From an uncultured delta proteobacterium (GTDB lineage: Bacteria; Desulfobacterota; Syntrophia; Syntrophales; UBA2185), in NCBI GenBank assembly GCA_963729715.1, contig CAVSPA010000004.1:384001-448000 (forward strand): DNA of 64,000 nucleotides. Reading direction: 5' to 3'. Positions 10,610 through 20,715 of this stretch are shown here, in pieces; positions within the stretch are counted from its first letter, which is position 1; each line of letters starts with the position of its first letter. The position numbers were made by a program, and so were the translations under genes. The notes under the pieces were generated by a model, which was not told where the DNA came from, did not search any database, and was given only the letters and a program-made list of their open reading frames with translations.

Positions 10610-12391
10610 TTATTCCTTATCATTCTCTGCCATTTTTACGTCTGCCAAGACCTTGCCAAGATTCGAACCGACATTTTCTTTGTTGTTTAAATACTGTGTG
10701 ACTGAAGACGATCCCTCAGATGGCGATTCGTAGTCCTTTATGCTCAGCCTGATTCTTCGATTCTGCAAATCCACACTCTTAACGATTGCCGATACGGTAT
10801 CGCCCACAGCATATATCTCAGATGCGGCCTTTACCCTCTTGTGGCTCAATTCCGATACATGAACCAAGCCTTCGACTCCCTCTTCCAGCTCTACGAAAAT
10901 ACCGAAGTCGGTTACATTAGTCACCTTTCCGTTAATGACCGACCCCGCAGCGTAAATAAAATTCTTTTCATCCCAGGGGTTCTTATCGACCTGCTTTATT
11001 CCCAGAGAGAATTTTTCGTTCGCTACGTCAATATTCAAGACCATCGCCTCGACTTCCTGACCTTTCTTGTACAATTCCGAAGGATGTTTTACATTCTGTT
11101 TCCAGGAAATATCGGACACATGGACAAGGCCGTCTATTCCTTCCTCAATACCGACGAAAAAACCGAAGTTTGTGATATTCCGTATGACACCTTTGACGAT
11201 ACTACCCTCAGGGTATTTCTGTTTAAGCGCCTCCCATGGATTTTCGGTTGTCTGTTTTAGTCCCAGTGAGATACGCTTTACCTCCGGATTGACATCCAGA
11301 ACCATGACTTTCACGATTTCGCCCACAGACAAAACTTTCGACGGATGTTTAATCTCTCTTGTCCAGAACATTTCTGTTATATGCACAAGACCCTCCACAC
11401 CAGGCTCCATTTCCACAAAGACGCCATAATCCGTTAGGTTCACTACTTTGCCTTCAATTACAGAACCCACGGCATATTTCCGCTCGATCATCTCCCAGGG
11501 GTTGTCCATCAATTGTTTAAGACCCAGGGAAACCCGCTCCTTCTCTCTATCAAAAGAAAGAATCTTAACCGTTATTTTATCGCCTTTGGAAAAACTATCC
11601 GAAGGTCGCGTAATTCTTCCCCACGATATGTCGGTAACATGGAGAAGACCGTCAATTCCTCCTAAATCTATGAAGAGTCCATAATCGGTTATATTCTTGA
11701 TAACCCCTTCCATAATCTTTCCTTCCTCAATACCCTCAAGCGTCTCCCTCTTAGCCGCAACCCTTTCCTGCTCCAATATAGATCTTCTCGAGAGCACGAC
11801 ATTGTTTCTCTTCCTGTCATACTTCAGGACATTGAACATCAATGTCTGTCCAACGTATTTATCGAGGTCTCTCACCGGACGGACATCCACCTGAGAACCG
11901 GGGAGAAAAGCTAAAATTCCGATATCAACAGAGAGTCCACCCTTAACTCGCTCTACGACCGTACCCTTTACGGGAATATTATGTTCACACGCATTTTTAA
12001 CATCATCCCATATTTTAATCTTTACCGCCTTATCCCTCGACAGGACCAGATTGCCATCCGTATCTCTTCTGTCGACCAAGACTTCCAGTTCATCACCAAC
12101 GGCAAATGGAATATTCCCTTCCTCATCCTTCAATTCCCTTGCCGGAATATAGCCTTCCGTTTTCCAGCCGACATCTACCATAAGAACGTCGCTGTTTATC
12201 TGAACAACCTTACCCGTCACGATCTGACCTAGCTGTACGCTCTGTAAGCTCTGTTCGTATAACTCCCTGAACCCGACATCATCTTCTTTGCCGGCGACCT
12301 TTTGATGAACTGCTCTTTCCGCTGGCGATTCTTCCTTAACCTTCTCGCCGTTAATTTGTTCTTTAGAAATTGAGTTATTGCTGTTAACCAT
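10610..12391 (-). CDS. rpsA: 30S ribosomal protein S1
   Basis: Six S1 repeats (AFLPGSQVD, GLLHVTDISW, GLVHVSDISW). Confidence 0.97.
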   Translation of the reverse strand: MVNSNNSISKEQINGEKVKEESPAERAVHQKVAGKEDDVGFRELYEQSLQSVQLGQIVTGKVVQINSDVLMVDVGWKTEGYIPARELKDEEGNIPFAVGDELEVLVDRRDTDGNLVLSRDKAVKIKIWDDVKNACEHNIPVKGTVVERVKGGLSVDIGILAFLPGSQVDVRPVRDLDKYVGQTLMFNVLKYDRKRNNVVLSRRSILEQERVAAKRETLEGIEEGKIMEGVIKNITDYGLFIDLGGIDGLLHVTDISWGRITRPSDSFSKGDKITVKILSFDREKERVSLGLKQLMDNPWEMIERKYAVGSVIEGKVVNLTDYGVFVEMEPGVEGLVHITEMFWTREIKHPSKVLSVGEIVKVMVLDVNPEVKRISLGLKQTTENPWEALKQKYPEGSIVKGVIRNITNFGFFVGIEEGIDGLVHVSDISWKQNVKHPSELYKKGQEVEAMVLNIDVANEKFSLGIKQVDKNPWDEKNFIYAAGSVINGKVTNVTDFGIFVELEEGVEGLVHVSELSHKRVKAASEIYAVGDTVSAIVKSVDLQNRRIRLSIKDYESPSEGSSSVTQYLNNKENVGSNLGKVLADVKMAENDKE

Positions 12392-12576
12392 TAAACCGTT
12401 ACCCCCTGAATTTTATAAAAAAACCTTCATAAGAAAAAATCAAGTAACATACTGGTTATGAAATATCAAGCTAATTCAAAATTTCTCGCACGAGGTCAAT
12501 CCGCAGAGAATTTCCAATCAATTCAATGCGGTTAAAAATTGCTCTGCATCAGCTATTTACGCTCTTGACTTAAGAA

Positions 12577-13251
12577 TCATGCACCCTCAATTACAGAAAT
12601 CATTTTCTCAACGACTTCTGCAACGCTCATGCTCGTAGAGTCCAAGATAATCGCGTCTTCGGAAGCCTTCAAAGGGGCTATTTTTCTCTCCTGGTCCTGC
12701 CTGTCTCTGACGACGAGATCCCCTGCAACTCTCTTATAATCCACACTGCCGCCCTGCGAGAACAGTTCAGTGCGCCGCCTTCTAATCCTTTCCTCCACGC
12801 CCGCATCTAAATAGAACTTATACTCGGCCATTGGAAAGACTACTGTCCCCATGTCTCTGCCTTCGGCTACGATGCCCCCTCTTTCCCCTGCTTGGCGTTG
12901 AATGGCGAGCAGTCTCTCCCTGACTGCGGAAACCGCCGAAACCGTTGACGCGACAAGACCTACTTCCTCACTCCTGATCATTTTCGTCACGTTTACACCG
13001 TCAATAAAGACATTCAAGCTGCCATCTATGTTGTCGAGATATAAGTCTATTCGTGCACATAAGGCAGCAAGTGCTTTTTCGTCATCCGGCAAAATCCCTT
13101 CCTTGATAACCTTGTACGCAAACGCCCTGTAGAGAGCGCCCGTATCCAGATAGAGATATGATAGTCTTCCTGCAAGAGCTTTACCGACTGTGCTCTTGCC
13201 TGCACCGGCAGGTCCGTCAATGGTAACAACGAATTTTTTTTTCATGGTCAA
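12577..13251 (-). CDS. cmk: Cytidylate kinase
   Basis: IDGPAGAGKST, LDTGALYRA, EGRDMGTVVFP. Confidence 0.96.
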   Translation of the reverse strand: MTMKKKFVVTIDGPAGAGKSTVGKALAGRLSYLYLDTGALYRAFAYKVIKEGILPDDEKALAALCARIDLYLDNIDGSLNVFIDGVNVTKMIRSEEVGLVASTVSAVSAVRERLLAIQRQAGERGGIVAEGRDMGTVVFPMAEYKFYLDAGVEERIRRRRTELFSQGGSVDYKRVAGDLVVRDRQDQERKIAPLKASEDAIILDSTSMSVAEVVEKMISVIEGA

Positions 13252-13528
13252 ACGTCCTTTAGAAACACCTTACACAACGTATAGCAGCCGAACACACTTC
13301 CAGCGTGACACGATCTTAAGCACCTGTGCTATAACATATTGGTCAACCCTTAACAATATTAAATAGTAACGCCAACCAAAAGCTAACAGCTTCACATCTA
13401 CGATGACACCATAGAAATGATGACTTGATTCTCCCTGCCAAAAGATTTATAAGTAAGGCATGTAATCATTTGACCCTAACAAAGCTCCTATAATCAAATG
13501 ATAATTTCTTGATTGGAGAGGTTGCCCA

Positions 13529-14926
13529 TTGGATCTGTTTCACATCTTTCGAAGAAAGGGTACGGGAATCATCCCTGCCGTAATTCTGTTTCTGATCTTT
13601 CAGACCGCTGGATTAGCCCATGCTTCTTTTACCATCGAAGATGAAAAGAAACTGGGCAAGGAGTTTTATGAGAGGCTAGACAAAAGCGATGTCTTGATCC
13701 ATGACCGGAGAATAGACGCGTACATCAATCGATTGGGAAATGAACTAGTCGCCCAAAGTGAGAAGGCTCCTTTTGACTTTCGATTCTCCGTGATCAAGAG
13801 TTCGGCAATTAATGCCTTTGCCACGCCTGGCGGCTATGTATATGTCAATAGAGGCTTAATCACACTGGTTGAAACGGAGAGTGAGCTGGCCTCCGTCCTT
13901 GCACATGAAATAGGACATATCAATAAAAGGCATGTGGCGAGTATCATAGATAAATCGCAGAAGATTGGTATGGCTACGCTCGCCGCAGTTCTTGCCGGTG
14001 CATTTCTTGGAGGCGGAGGGGATCTCTCTGCCGCTGTCGCCGGCTTCTCTTTGGCGACGGCCACAACCATGAATCTAAAATACAGCCGCGAACACGAAGA
14101 AGAGGCGGACAGGATGGGTATGTCCTACCTGGTCAGTGCCGGATACGACGGTAAAGCCATGCTGGATTTTATGAAGTTGATGAGAAGGTATGAGTTTTAC
14201 TCCAGCAACATACCATCATATTTCCTCACCCATCCGGGCACCGATGAAAGGATCAGCTATATAGACGCCCTTCTTCAGACCACCTATACCCAAAAGGGAC
14301 GCGACACGATTATAGGGAATTTGAAAAGGATACAGACAATTCTCATGTTTGGAGAAAAGAACCTCGATTCGAGCCTTCATTATTTTCAAAATGACCTGCA
14401 AAAAAACCCGGATAACGTCGACTCACTCTACGGCATGGCTGTAATTCTAGAAGAACTCGGCCGAACTGACGAATCCCTTGGCAACTTTCGTAAAGCCCTG
14501 AGCCTGTCTCAAGATGACCAGGACATAACCAGGGACCTCGGGATTCTTTACTTCAAGCTGGGTCGGTCGGCAGACGCAATTGTCTTCCTCAACAAGGCAT
14601 TGAGCCTTAAGGAGGACGATCTCGACACCTTGCTCTACCTTGGCAGGTCTTACGAATTGCAGGGTGATTACACGGCAGCTTTGAATCTCTATAAAAGAAT
14701 CGGAAAGAAAGATATAAATGATGCAGATATATACTACAGTATCGCTATGGCCTACGGCAAGACAAACAATCCCGGCGACTCCCACTACTATTTCGGCATT
14801 TACTTCAAGAAAAAAAAGAATGTGGACAGCGCCCTTTTTCACTTCAAGGAGGCCTTGAAATATCTTCCCGCACAAGACGAGAGATCTCGGGAAATAGAAA
14901 AAGAGATCAAGTCAATAAAAAGGTGA
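13529..14926 (+). CDS. M48 family metalloprotease with TPR repeats (BepA/YfgC-like)
   Basis: NAFATPGG, HEIGH, YSREHEEEAD, LTHP; C-terminal TPRs. Confidence 0.9.
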   Translation: MDLFHIFRRKGTGIIPAVILFLIFQTAGLAHASFTIEDEKKLGKEFYERLDKSDVLIHDRRIDAYINRLGNELVAQSEKAPFDFRFSVIKSSAINAFATPGGYVYVNRGLITLVETESELASVLAHEIGHINKRHVASIIDKSQKIGMATLAAVLAGAFLGGGGDLSAAVAGFSLATATTMNLKYSREHEEEADRMGMSYLVSAGYDGKAMLDFMKLMRRYEFYSSNIPSYFLTHPGTDERISYIDALLQTTYTQKGRDTIIGNLKRIQTILMFGEKNLDSSLHYFQNDLQKNPDNVDSLYGMAVILEELGRTDESLGNFRKALSLSQDDQDITRDLGILYFKLGRSADAIVFLNKALSLKEDDLDTLLYLGRSYELQGDYTAALNLYKRIGKKDINDADIYYSIAMAYGKTNNPGDSHYYFGIYFKKKKNVDSALFHFKEALKYLPAQDERSREIEKEIKSIKR

Positions 14927-14942
14927 AGTACTGCATCGATGC

Positions 14943-16607
14943 TTAAGACATATCAATCTGACGAGATGTCAGCTCCTTCTTTGCATAGTCGAGATGGATA
15001 TGCTCATTGATAAACAGTTCGAAGAGGTCTCTATCAATGTGATTGTCGTTCACCATATATCGCATTATTTTAATCGCTTCCGATAGAGTTTTTTCCTTCT
15101 TGTACGGTCTGTCCTTTGCCGTTAATGCGTCGAAAATATCTGCAAGCGCAATAATTCGAGCTTGGAGAGGGAGCTCGTCGCCCTTTAGTCCGAAGGGATA
15201 GCCGGCACCGTCGATCCTTTCATGATGGGAGGAAGCATAATAAGACACATTTTTCAGCTTCTTAGGAAATGGGAGCTGACAGAGCATCTTATGCGTAACA
15301 GTAACATGATTCTTGACGATCTCTTTCTCCTTTTCCGTAAGAGTACCCACGGGAATACTTAGATTGTATACCTCCTCATCGCTCAGAAAGCTTCGCAAAT
15401 CTCCGCCGAGGATCCATTTCCTGCCTGCTATTCTCTTCAGCCGGTCAAGCATTTTTTCATCCATGAATTTTGTTCCCATGTTAATATCTGCGAGAAAATC
15501 ATAATCCGCATCCAAATCCTTTTCATCTCTGTCAACGTCGCAATTTGACTTTTCCGCACGATATTCTTCTCTTTGTCTATTTCCATTTTTCAGCGCTTCA
15601 ATTGCATAGTCTCTTTTCAGAATCTCAAACCGGGCTTTTAAGGCTTCCATCCTATTATATATCGTTTCAAGTTTCTTCCCCTTATCGACAATATATTCCG
15701 GCGTAGTTATCTTGCCAACGTCATGAAGCCAAGCGGAGATGTGGAGTTCCTTCAATTTATCTTCATCAAGGCAGATGTCCGCATATGGCCCCTCCACGCT
15801 CTTATTTATCTTTTCCGCAATGGCCATTGTCAACTCCGAAACGCGACGAACATGACCGCCCGTGTAAGGAGATTTTTCATCAATCGCAGTGGCAATTGTT
15901 CTAATGAAAGATTCCAAAAGGTTTTCAAGATCATGTATAAGACGTTTATTGGAAATGGCGACTGCCGCCTGGGATGCCAATGACTCTGTCATCTTCTGAT
16001 TTTCTATTGAAAATGGGATGACTTCCGTCTGCCCTTCAATTTGGGCATTCAACAACTGCAAGACGCCAATAATATCATTTTCGTGATTTCGCATGGGAAC
16101 TACCAGCATGGACTTGGAGCGGTATCCCGTTTCCGCATCGAATCGCCTCGTGCCCTCAAAATTGAATCCCTCTGCATGATAGACGTCAGAAATATTTACT
16201 ACCTGACCTGTAATGGCGGCGTATGCAGAAACATTGGCATGATTGGGCTTCCCATCGAGGTTCTTTAATCTCACGGACGGCCACGTGATCTTTCCGCCGG
16301 TTCCCCCCATACGGATATTCAAAGAAGTGTTCTGCACTATGGCGAAGTGGAGTTCCCCTTCATCGTCAGACATTATATATAGTGTGCCGCCATCTGCGTT
16401 TGTAAACTCTCTCGCTTCATCGACAATCATTTCCAACAGTCTGTCCAGGTTCTTTTCCGCCGACAGAGCCGTCCCTATCTGATTTAACCGCCTGATCTGG
16501 TCAAGCTGTTTTTCCATGAATCCTTTTATTTCCGGAGCCAGTTTGCTGAATAACGTATTGATCTGGTCATTCTCACAGACAGTTCTTGCTTTCTTATCCT
16601 TGTCCAT
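14943..16607 (-). CDS. GAF + HD-GYP cyclic-dinucleotide phosphodiesterase
   Basis: GAF (YRSKSMLVVPM), YTGGHVRRV, LHDVGK, HHERIDGAGYP, ADIFDALTAKDRPYK. Confidence 0.92.
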   Translation of the reverse strand: MDKDKKARTVCENDQINTLFSKLAPEIKGFMEKQLDQIRRLNQIGTALSAEKNLDRLLEMIVDEAREFTNADGGTLYIMSDDEGELHFAIVQNTSLNIRMGGTGGKITWPSVRLKNLDGKPNHANVSAYAAITGQVVNISDVYHAEGFNFEGTRRFDAETGYRSKSMLVVPMRNHENDIIGVLQLLNAQIEGQTEVIPFSIENQKMTESLASQAAVAISNKRLIHDLENLLESFIRTIATAIDEKSPYTGGHVRRVSELTMAIAEKINKSVEGPYADICLDEDKLKELHISAWLHDVGKITTPEYIVDKGKKLETIYNRMEALKARFEILKRDYAIEALKNGNRQREEYRAEKSNCDVDRDEKDLDADYDFLADINMGTKFMDEKMLDRLKRIAGRKWILGGDLRSFLSDEEVYNLSIPVGTLTEKEKEIVKNHVTVTHKMLCQLPFPKKLKNVSYYASSHHERIDGAGYPFGLKGDELPLQARIIALADIFDALTAKDRPYKKEKTLSEAIKIMRYMVNDNHIDRDLFELFINEHIHLDYAKKELTSRQIDMS

Positions 16608-16826
16608 ATGACACCCTCAAAGAAATTCAGATGCTCAGTGGAAGAGCTACGCCTCAAAAAAATACAATATTCGAAGCGCGCCTTTTGATAACTTCAAGAT
16701 AGGCTCATCCGCAAATGAGACGCAAAAAATACTCCGCATGGTTTGACATGAGCCCGGGGAAGGGGAAAAAGACTCGACACAGGCGTGCTTTGCCATAAGT
16801 TCTCTTATAATATTCATGTTACTGCT

Positions 16827-17516
16827 CTATCTCAATCGAACAACTGGCACATCTTTCATCAGCTTGTCTCTGAAGTATTCCATCTCCTCCTGCGAATACG
16901 CTTCGCACTTCAGAAATTCTTTATCAAGAGTCCTCGTGGGAATAAACTGCTGCAATATGTAACAGCTCGCATTTCTCAGCAACTCCCCCATCTCCAAGAG
17001 ATCTTCTTCGTGAAGCAGTTTTTTGGGAACGGTTGTACGAAATTCGTAAGGTATACCAGATTTCATGATTATTTCCATGCTCTGTCTGATTTTACCCTCA
17101 TCAATCTTTGACCTTGTCACTGTCTTATACTTATGAAACGGTCCCTTCATATCCATCGCAAGATAGTCGACAAGCCGGCCGCTGATGAGTTCTTCCAACA
17201 CCTCCGGACAGGAACCGTTCGTATCTAATTTAATCAAATACCCGATATTTCTAACACGCTTTATAAAGTCGATCAAGTCGTGATGTATCGTCGGTTCGCC
17301 ACCCGTAATCGTCAGCGCATCAAGCTTTCCCTTACGTTTTTCTAAGAAAGAAAGTACGCACTCCTCCGACAGACATTCTTTATAGAGATCCGGATCCACT
17401 AATTCCGGATTATGACAGTAGGGACACCTGAAGTTACAGCCCTGCGTAAATGCAATTGCACATATCTTTCCGGGATATTCAATCAATGATACCTTCTGCA
17501 ACCCGCCAATCTGCAT
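16827..17516 (-). CDS. nrdG: Anaerobic ribonucleotide reductase activating radical SAM protein
   Basis: GCNFRCPYCHN, TGGEPT, KLDTNGS; follows nrdD. Confidence 0.92.
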   Translation of the reverse strand: MQIGGLQKVSLIEYPGKICAIAFTQGCNFRCPYCHNPELVDPDLYKECLSEECVLSFLEKRKGKLDALTITGGEPTIHHDLIDFIKRVRNIGYLIKLDTNGSCPEVLEELISGRLVDYLAMDMKGPFHKYKTVTRSKIDEGKIRQSMEIIMKSGIPYEFRTTVPKKLLHEEDLLEMGELLRNASCYILQQFIPTRTLDKEFLKCEAYSQEEMEYFRDKLMKDVPVVRLR

Positions 17517-17519
17517 ATT

Positions 17520-19610
17520 CTAAAAACTGAAAACCTTTCTCCCTCTATATTCTTCTTGTTTCCCCAAATTCCATTGTTTAACGGGTCGCAGATAACCGAC
17601 CACGCGTGAATATATCTCACAGGCTTCCATGCAAATGGGACATGTCTCTTTCTCGCCGCTCAAATAACCGTGCGAGGGACAGACACTGAAGGTGGGTGTA
17701 AACGTAACGTAGGGCAAGTGATACTCGGTACATACTTTGCGCACAAATGCCTTTACAGCTGACGCATCGTTAATTCTTTCTCCTGCATATGTGTGAAAAA
17801 CGGTTCCCCCCGTGTACCTCGCCTGGATTTCATCTTGCAGATCCAGAGCTTCAAATATATCATCCGTAAAGTTCACAGGCAACTGCGTAGAGTTAGTGTA
17901 AAAAGGTTCACCGTTGTCCTCTGCATAAACATCCTCATTAGCACAGATAATGTCTGCATATTTTGCCTTATCGATTTTCGCAAGGCGGTATGAAGTGCCT
18001 TCTGCAGGAGTTGATTCAAGATTATAGTTGTTCCCTGTTTCCTTTTGGAATTCTATAAGCATTTTTCTCATGAAGTCTAATACCTTCAATGTGAATTTCT
18101 GCCCTTCCTCAGAGGTTATACTCTTGCCTAAAAAATTGAGACAGGCTTCATTCATGCCAACAAGACCAATTGTTGAAAAGTGATTTTTCCAATATTCGCC
18201 AAAGCGTTTCTTTATATCCCTCAGGTAATATTTTGTGTACGGATAGAGGTTTCCCTCTGTAAACTTCTCCAGAACTTTTCTCTTGGTCTCCAGACTCTCC
18301 TTGGCAATGATCATGAGTTTTTCGAGACGTTCCATAAATTCGTCTTCTGTCTTAGAGAGGTAACCGATTCTCGGCATATTTATCGTAATCACGCCAATAG
18401 AACCAGTTAAGGGATTTGAGCCGAATAAGCCACCTCCCCTTTTTTCCAATTCCCTGTTATCGATACGAAGTCTGCAGCACATGCTCCTCGCATCTTCCGG
18501 GTTCATGTCTGAGTTTATGAAATTCGAAAAATAGGGCACCCCGTACTTGGCCGTCATTTCCCATAAGTCGTCAAGATTACGATCCTCCCATTTGAATTCC
18601 TTTGTTATGTTATATGTTGGTATGGGAAATGTGAAAACCCTGCCTTTGGCGTCTCCATCAGCCATGACCCGAAGGAAAGCCTTATTGAAGAGATTCATCT
18701 CCTCCTGAAAATCCTTGTATGTCTCTTTCTGCGGTTTGCCTCCGATAATTACATTTTGATCGGCGTAATACTTTGGTACTGTCATATCCAGCGTGACGTT
18801 TGTAAACGGGGTCTGAAAACCTACCCTCGTCGGTACGTTAATATTAAAAATAAATTCCTGCAGAGCTTGCCTTATTTCACTATAACTCAGACGATCGTAC
18901 CTTATAAAAGGAGACAGAAGGGTATCAAAATTTGAGAAAGCCTGAGCACCGGCCGCTTCCCCCTGAAGGGTATAAAAGAAATTAACTACCTGCCCCAAGG
19001 CACTGCGAAGGTGCTTGGCCGGCTTGCTTTCAACCTTACCGGACACTCCCCTGAAGCCTTCCAGAAGAAGATCATATAGATCCCACCCCACACAGTATAC
19101 GGAAAGAAGACTCAAATCGTGGATATGAAAATCACCATCCGAGTGGGCTTTTCTGATTTCCGGCGAATAAATCTCATTCAACCAGTAGACCTTACTGACT
19201 TCGGAAGATATATAGTTATTCAAACCCTGCAAAGAATAATCCATATTGCTGTTCTCATTAATCTTCCAGTCCTTCTTCTTCAGATACTGATCCACCAGAT
19301 CAACCTCCATTTTATTGGTAATTTCTCTTAATCTGGCGTGTTGATCCCTATATATAATATATGCTTTAGCGGTCCGACGATAAGGAGAAGACAAAAGTAC
19401 CTCTTCCACGATGTCCTGGAACTCTTCCACCGTCATAACTTTGTCGTCAAAGAGCTTCTCCGCTAAATTAAGAACCTTTATCGTGAGTTTTCTCGCTGTG
19501 GCGCCATCAAACTCACCCGTTGCGTCTCCAGCCTTCTCAATGGCATTGGTTATCTTTTCTGCGTTGAATTTTACTAACCGGCCATCCCTTTTTCTTATCT
19601 TTTCATGCAT
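17520..19610 (-). CDS. nrdD: Class III anaerobic ribonucleoside-triphosphate reductase with ATP cone
   Basis: Likely start MHEKIRKRDG with AAGGAG RBS; SMCCRL, STPAEG, zinc site CPSH..CPIC, glycyl radical loop YSRVVGYLRP. Confidence 0.95.
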   Translation of the reverse strand: MHEKIRKRDGRLVKFNAEKITNAIEKAGDATGEFDGATARKLTIKVLNLAEKLFDDKVMTVEEFQDIVEEVLLSSPYRRTAKAYIIYRDQHARLREITNKMEVDLVDQYLKKKDWKINENSNMDYSLQGLNNYISSEVSKVYWLNEIYSPEIRKAHSDGDFHIHDLSLLSVYCVGWDLYDLLLEGFRGVSGKVESKPAKHLRSALGQVVNFFYTLQGEAAGAQAFSNFDTLLSPFIRYDRLSYSEIRQALQEFIFNINVPTRVGFQTPFTNVTLDMTVPKYYADQNVIIGGKPQKETYKDFQEEMNLFNKAFLRVMADGDAKGRVFTFPIPTYNITKEFKWEDRNLDDLWEMTAKYGVPYFSNFINSDMNPEDARSMCCRLRIDNRELEKRGGGLFGSNPLTGSIGVITINMPRIGYLSKTEDEFMERLEKLMIIAKESLETKRKVLEKFTEGNLYPYTKYYLRDIKKRFGEYWKNHFSTIGLVGMNEACLNFLGKSITSEEGQKFTLKVLDFMRKMLIEFQKETGNNYNLESTPAEGTSYRLAKIDKAKYADIICANEDVYAEDNGEPFYTNSTQLPVNFTDDIFEALDLQDEIQARYTGGTVFHTYAGERINDASAVKAFVRKVCTEYHLPYVTFTPTFSVCPSHGYLSGEKETCPICMEACEIYSRVVGYLRPVKQWNLGKQEEYRGRKVFSF

Positions 19611-19664
19611 AAGATGCCCCTCCTTGGCTCCGCAATGAAAGTCTGGTCTCAGTGCAATCATTCT

Positions 19665-19711
19665 CCCCAATATATTGGGGTAGGACTTAATCATACTACT
19701 ATATATTGATA
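19665..19711. promoter_or_regulatory. Tandem NrdR boxes
   Basis: cccCAATATATTGggg (19665-19680) and ctaCTATATATTGata (19696-19711), 31 bp apart, upstream of nrdD. Confidence 0.85.
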
Positions 19712-19718
19712 TAATCAA
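19690..19718 (-). promoter_or_regulatory. Sigma70-type promoter of nrdDG
   Basis: Minus strand TTGATT-17 bp-TATGAT overlapping the distal NrdR box. Confidence 0.65.
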
Positions 19719-19756
19719 GACAAAAAAAAGGTTTTTTTCTGTTTCATTTCCTCCGT

Positions 19757-19804
19757 TACTATCTGCAAGGAGGTTTGACCAAATTGCAAGAAGGTTTGAC
19801 CAAA
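19757..19804 (+). repeat. Element end with two tandem putative transposase-binding sites (Mu R1/R2-like)
   Basis: TGCAAGGAGGTTTGACCAAA and TGCAAGAAGGTTTGACCAAA at 21-bp period. Confidence 0.85.
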
Positions 19805-20002
19805 AAGAAGTGCAGTAATAACAGCCAAATAGCATATGACACACTAATCCGGCCAGATTTCAATCTTGTTTTAACAGAGAAATCTGCCGGATATATTTTT
19901 TAAATATTAATCGAGCGGGTCATTTATTCTTACGACTTTACCCGCCATTTTTTTCTCCAACTAACTGCAAAAAATGTCCATACTGAGAGCCCGTGATGCG
20001 CC

Positions 20003-20596
20003 TCATGCTATCACCTTCTTTATATCGTTCACTCTCGATTTTAAGAGATATATGATCTGCAAATCCACCGGCCGCACTTCCTCCGTGGCTAAGGTCCTTA
20101 TGGAATCTAGAAGATCAGGGTAACCCTTAAAATCAATAGTGACCTCTGTAATTGCGCCAGGAGCGGCCTTTCCCGGGAGAGACGACTCTTGCTTCGTGAC
20201 CTCTGAATCCTTCCTCTCAAGAGGTTGCTTCGGCTCTTTCTTGGCCCTTGCCATGTCACCCAGGCATTTTGCGCAATAGGGGCTGCGCTCGGACATGGTT
20301 TCTCTCTCGTTACACTTCTTACAGATTTTCTTTATGTCCGCGCCTGGCTTCAGCTGATCCCTCGCCATATCCGCATCCCTTTCGTTAGATCTAATCGGCT
20401 CAGCAGCACGCAGGCGGCCCCTGCTGCTCACTTTGCGGCCAGTAATCCATCCTTCCCTTCCCGCCTGTCCGCAATGCCTGCAGATCAGGCCTGCCTTGCC
20501 AATGCCCGGAACGTAATCTTCTTCTACGTGTTTCGATCCACATTTCCCACAGGCAATGGCCATAGTTAAAGAGTCCCATCCGCACGTCTTGAGCAT
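20003..20596 (-). CDS. Zinc-finger-containing hypothetical protein
   Basis: CGKC..CRHC and CKKC..CAKC pairs; GAGGAG RBS; last gene of the element. Confidence 0.7.
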   Translation of the reverse strand: MLKTCGWDSLTMAIACGKCGSKHVEEDYVPGIGKAGLICRHCGQAGREGWITGRKVSSRGRLRAAEPIRSNERDADMARDQLKPGADIKKICKKCNERETMSERSPYCAKCLGDMARAKKEPKQPLERKDSEVTKQESSLPGKAAPGAITEVTIDFKGYPDLLDSIRTLATEEVRPVDLQIIYLLKSRVNDIKKVIA

Positions 20597-20715
20597 TGCT
20601 CCTCAGTGCTAGATTGGAGTCTCCACATCTTTCAGAGTGCGGCTGTATAGCTCCTCATATGGGATGAACTCCAACCTAGCTGCCGGAAGGAGCGGCTATA
20701 AGGTCTATTAATCAA

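Noticed and set aside
16608..16826. c-di-GMP riboswitch upstream of the HD-GYP gene
   Set aside because: A GACGCAAA-like word is on the wrong strand and there is no convincing P1/P2 fold.
19740..19750. TGTTTCATTT as a canonical TG element end
   Set aside because: No matching CA end with a target duplication; the IR and TCCGT duplication fix the end at 19757.
19611..19844. 77-aa N-terminal extension of NrdD in the ORF track
   Set aside because: Runs through the promoter, NrdR boxes and element end; the likely start is 19610.
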